From NCBI GenBank assembly GCA_964585825.1, contig CAZPFH010000001.1:1-46813 (forward strand): a stretch of DNA of 46,813 nucleotides, read 5' to 3'. Positions within the stretch are counted from its first letter, which is position 1. Each line of letters opens with the position of its first letter. The notes beneath the pieces were generated by a model that had not been told where the DNA came from, searched no databases, and saw nothing but the letters and a program-made list of their open reading frames with translations. Source of the DNA: an uncultured Candidatus Peribacteria bacterium. Lineage in GTDB: Bacteria; Patescibacteriota; Gracilibacteria; UBA1369; PNNO01. Of the stretch, positions 44,890-46,813 are shown piece by piece. Both the position numbers and the translations under genes were made by a program.

Positions 44890-45930
44890 TTACCAATAGT
44901 ATGAAGGAACTTGTTTAACACCGTTAACACGAACTTCAAAATGTAAGTGGATACCGGTAACTCCATACACTCGTCCGGTATTACCCATTCGTCCGATAAC
45001 TTCACCTTGGGTAACGTATTGTCCATTTGAAACCGTTAAGTAATCAAGGTGTGCATACAATGTTTGCATACCGTTGCCATGATCAACGATAACATGGTTT
45101 CCGTAGCCGCCACCCCACGTTCCGGATGATGCTTTTATTACAGTTCCGGCTGCAGCAGACCATACTGGAGGTTTACTTCTATCCGCTATATCAACCGCAC
45201 GGTGATATGAATAATAACCTTGTGTAACACTTCCACGCGTCGGATAAATAATTGACTTGCCTGCAGCGGGCGTTGTTGCTGTATCTTGAAGAGCAACACG
45301 TGTTGTCGTTGCTGTTCTTACAACAGACTCATCACGATACTGCGGCGTTGTAACAACAGGAGCCGGTGGGGCCAGTTGTTCTCCACCCGGCACAAAAACC
45401 GAATCACCGCTAGTAATACTTTGTCCTTCGAGCCCATTTTGTTTAATGATAGTATCAGCTTCGACCTCATATAATGCTGCAATTTTATCGACAGTTTGTC
45501 CACTCTTTACTTTATGTGACACTCCGTCAACCGGAGGAATAATCAATTCCTGTCCAACTTTCAACACGCTTGATTTACCCATATCATTTTCCCACATCAG
45601 GGTTGATGTTTTTAGTCCATAATTTTCAGCAATTACAGAAAGTGTTTCTCCACTTTCAACCGTATGCTTTATTTTGTCACTCATCTCACTTCTGTCAGCT
45701 TGACCTGTTTGCGGATTCACCGGCACCAAGAATCCCGAATCATCTGCAACGATAGTTGGCGCAATCATCGGATAAGCTATTTGCTCCATTGCAAGATCTG
45801 ATTCCGAAAACGCAATATTAGGTGTAAACGAAGTAATTATTACAAAAAACACCATAAAACCAAGTGCACGTTTATATATTTGTTTTGGAGCAACAGGTTT
45901 ATGTGAAGAAACCGAACGCTTCACCGTCAT
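44890..45930 (-). CDS. Membrane-anchored LysM (x2) / M23 family metallopeptidase
   Basis: N-terminal anchor ALGFMVFFVIITSF. LysM units HTVESGETLSVIAENYG and HKVKSGQTVDKIAALYE. M23 motifs HRAVDIA, GNHVIVDHGNGMQTLYAHL and GIHLHFEV. Confidence 0.9.
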   Translation of the reverse strand: MTVKRSVSSHKPVAPKQIYKRALGFMVFFVIITSFTPNIAFSESDLAMEQIAYPMIAPTIVADDSGFLVPVNPQTGQADRSEMSDKIKHTVESGETLSVIAENYGLKTSTLMWENDMGKSSVLKVGQELIIPPVDGVSHKVKSGQTVDKIAALYEVEADTIIKQNGLEGQSITSGDSVFVPGGEQLAPPAPVVTTPQYRDESVVRTATTTRVALQDTATTPAAGKSIIYPTRGSVTQGYYSYHRAVDIADRSKPPVWSAAAGTVIKASSGTWGGGYGNHVIVDHGNGMQTLYAHLDYLTVSNGQYVTQGEVIGRMGNTGRVYGVTGIHLHFEVRVNGVKQVPSYYW

Positions 45931-46084
45931 CGGGTTGCGTGCAGCTTTTTTATTAAATGTCGAAATCAGACTACCAATAGAGGCAAGTTTTCGAATACTT
46001 CTTCGATGTCGCCTTTTACGAGCAACTCTATTGACAGCTATTTTTCCAGTATATGTATTTATAGGTGTATTTCCTTGTAATTAA

Positions 46085-46260
46085 CATCGAGGAGGACAAG
46101 CTTCTTTCTTAATCGTTATACATAAGCATCCTCACGATGCGGCAGACAGCGCCGTATGTAACAACCAGGTCGCAACGGTATCAGAGTTTACGATCGATAG
46201 CAATCGATTGTCAAGTGATTCACCTTTTCCCTCAAACACAAGGGACAAGCTAAACCGGTA
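46085..46260 (-). ncRNA. Candidate structured RNA element (5' leader of the M23 peptidase gene, or an independent small RNA); class unknown
   Basis: A visibly GC-richer island inside an AT-rich 650-bp intergenic region. It has nested helices (CATCG-GAGGA...TCCTC-CGATG at 46085-46139, CGGC...GCCG at 46140-46154, the CAATCGATTG palindrome). A TATAAT (minus strand) sits at 46263-46268, just upstream. No start-codon-bearing ORF. Confidence 0.2.
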
Positions 46261-46301
46261 TCATTATATAGACTTAATGTAAGGCAAAAAAAGCTTTAAC
46301 C

Positions 46302-46408
46302 TTGACCGAAACGGTAAATATACTTTAATTTTAGCAAGCTTTTTATTCATTTTTTGACGAAACACCTGTTTTACCCCTTTTGAAAGGGCTTTAAAGGGCT
46401 TGACGAAA
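46302..46408. promoter_or_regulatory. Repeated TTGAC(C)GAAA boxes in the divergent M23 / purP intergenic region
   Basis: TTGACCGAAA at 46302-46311, TTGACGAAA at 46354-46362 and TTGACGAAA at 46400-46408, with a degenerate TTGACCGGA at 46455-46463. There is also a tandem AAAGGGCTT at 46383-46391 and 46393-46401. Confidence 0.3.
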
Positions 46409-46521
46409 TCATTTTTAGCATTTTTTTACACCCTATGCCATTTTTGAAAAATATTTGACCGGATATCTGTTTATTTTATAAATACACATTCGCGTGCACG
46501 AAAAGTATCTTGAGAAAAACA

Positions 46522-46550
46522 TTGTTAAGAGATCATCACTGTACTATAAT
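46522..46550 (+). promoter_or_regulatory. Sigma70-type promoter of purP
   Basis: TTGTTA (46522-46527), 17-nt spacer, TATAAT (46545-46550), about 30 nt before ATG 46582. Confidence 0.45.
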
Positions 46551-46581
46551 GAGCAAAATATGAATTTAATACACTCTATCT

Positions 46582-46813
46582 ATGCCATCTATACAAAACT
46601 ACAAAATCGCAACGCTTGGGAGTCACAGCGCTCTTCAAATCCTTAAAGGTGCAAAAGACGAAGGATTCGAAACTATTTGTATTTGTATGAAGGGAAGAAG
46701 CAAACCCTATAAAAGTTATAAAGTGGCTGACACCATAATCGAAATTGATAAATTTGATGAATTTTTCAAACTGCAAGAAGAATTGATAAAACAAAACGTA
46801 ATTCTAATCCCTC
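46582..46813 (+). CDS. purP: 5' part of an archaeal-type FAICAR synthetase (PurP, ATP-grasp, formate-dependent); runs off the window
   Basis: MPSIQNYKIATLGSHSALQILKGAKDEGFETICICMKGRSKPYKSYKVADTIIEIDKFDEF...NVILIP. This closely follows the PurP N-terminal signature I recall from Methanocaldococcus (ITIATLGSHTSLHILKGAKLEGFSTVCITMKGRDVPYKRFKVAD...). It is open to the window end. It is not in the ORF track, which lists only the antisense shadow at 46576-46794. Confidence 0.8.
   Translation, partial: MPSIQNYKIATLGSHSALQILKGAKDEGFETICICMKGRSKPYKSYKVADTIIEIDKFDEFFKLQEELIKQNVILIP

Noticed and set aside
46085-46260. Known RNA classes for the GC-rich island: ydaO/c-di-AMP riboswitch (minus strand) or SRP/4.5S RNA (+ strand)
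   Set aside because: - For ydaO only GGUGAAUC and a CGUAAAC-like string are present. The hallmark GGGGACCCA and ACCCGAAUCC elements are absent.
- For SRP RNA only the 8-mer ACCAGGUC matches. There is no GGAA tetraloop or GCAGC 3' strand.

I kept it only as an unclassified candidate.
46576-46794. 72-aa minus-strand ORF listed in the track
   Set aside because: The opposite strand encodes a near-textbook PurP N-terminus with a good promoter. The minus ORF is its antisense shadow.
1-46813. Alternative genetic code (UGA as Gly/Trp), CRISPR arrays, diversity-generating retroelement targeting the giant protein
   Set aside because: - TGA terminates P1 and the HTH gene, and all long ORFs are intact under code 11.
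- I saw no regularly spaced direct repeats.
- I saw no reverse transcriptase gene or template/variable repeat pair.

Overview
AT-rich bacterial chromosomal window read with the standard genetic code: TAA, TAG and TGA all end long intact ORFs. All homology calls come from motif recognition by eye; no database search was run.

Recognisable housekeeping genes: uvrA, a PrsW-type membrane protease, recF, thrS (no TGS domain), purL, rpsR, rpsF, uppP, purH, yidD and a LysM/M23 peptidase. An archaeal-type purP runs off the 3' edge and is missing from the ORF track. No rRNA, tRNA, CRISPR array, transposase, integrase or reverse transcriptase was seen.

Two blocks have no function I can assign:
- (A) 338-18915 (+): a tightly coupled operon of five secreted proteins. 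It starts with a 4969-aa mosaic surface protein (TSP3 repeats, two SLH triplets, Ig-like, FG-GAP, DUF11-like and PKD-like modules, plus a large unassigned core). Four small helical secreted proteins follow, and all four end in Cys-X-stop.
- (B) 26741-38631 (-): a six-gene ORFan operon with its own promoter. It encodes four membrane-anchored or polytopic proteins and two large soluble ones. I could find no NTPase or catalytic motif in it. The last protein ends in a perfect beta-clamp-binding-type QLSLF motif, encoded inside a tail-to-tail overlap with thrS.

Between the blocks lies an excisionase-type HTH gene followed by an untracked 56-codon zinc-ribbon ORF.

The gene content fits an uncultivated small-genome lineage (CPR/Patescibacteria-like). 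This is inference only, based on the giant surface protein, many ORFans, an archaeal-type purine enzyme and compact overlapping genes.

The ORF track translates TTG/GTG starts as M, so I re-set several starts.
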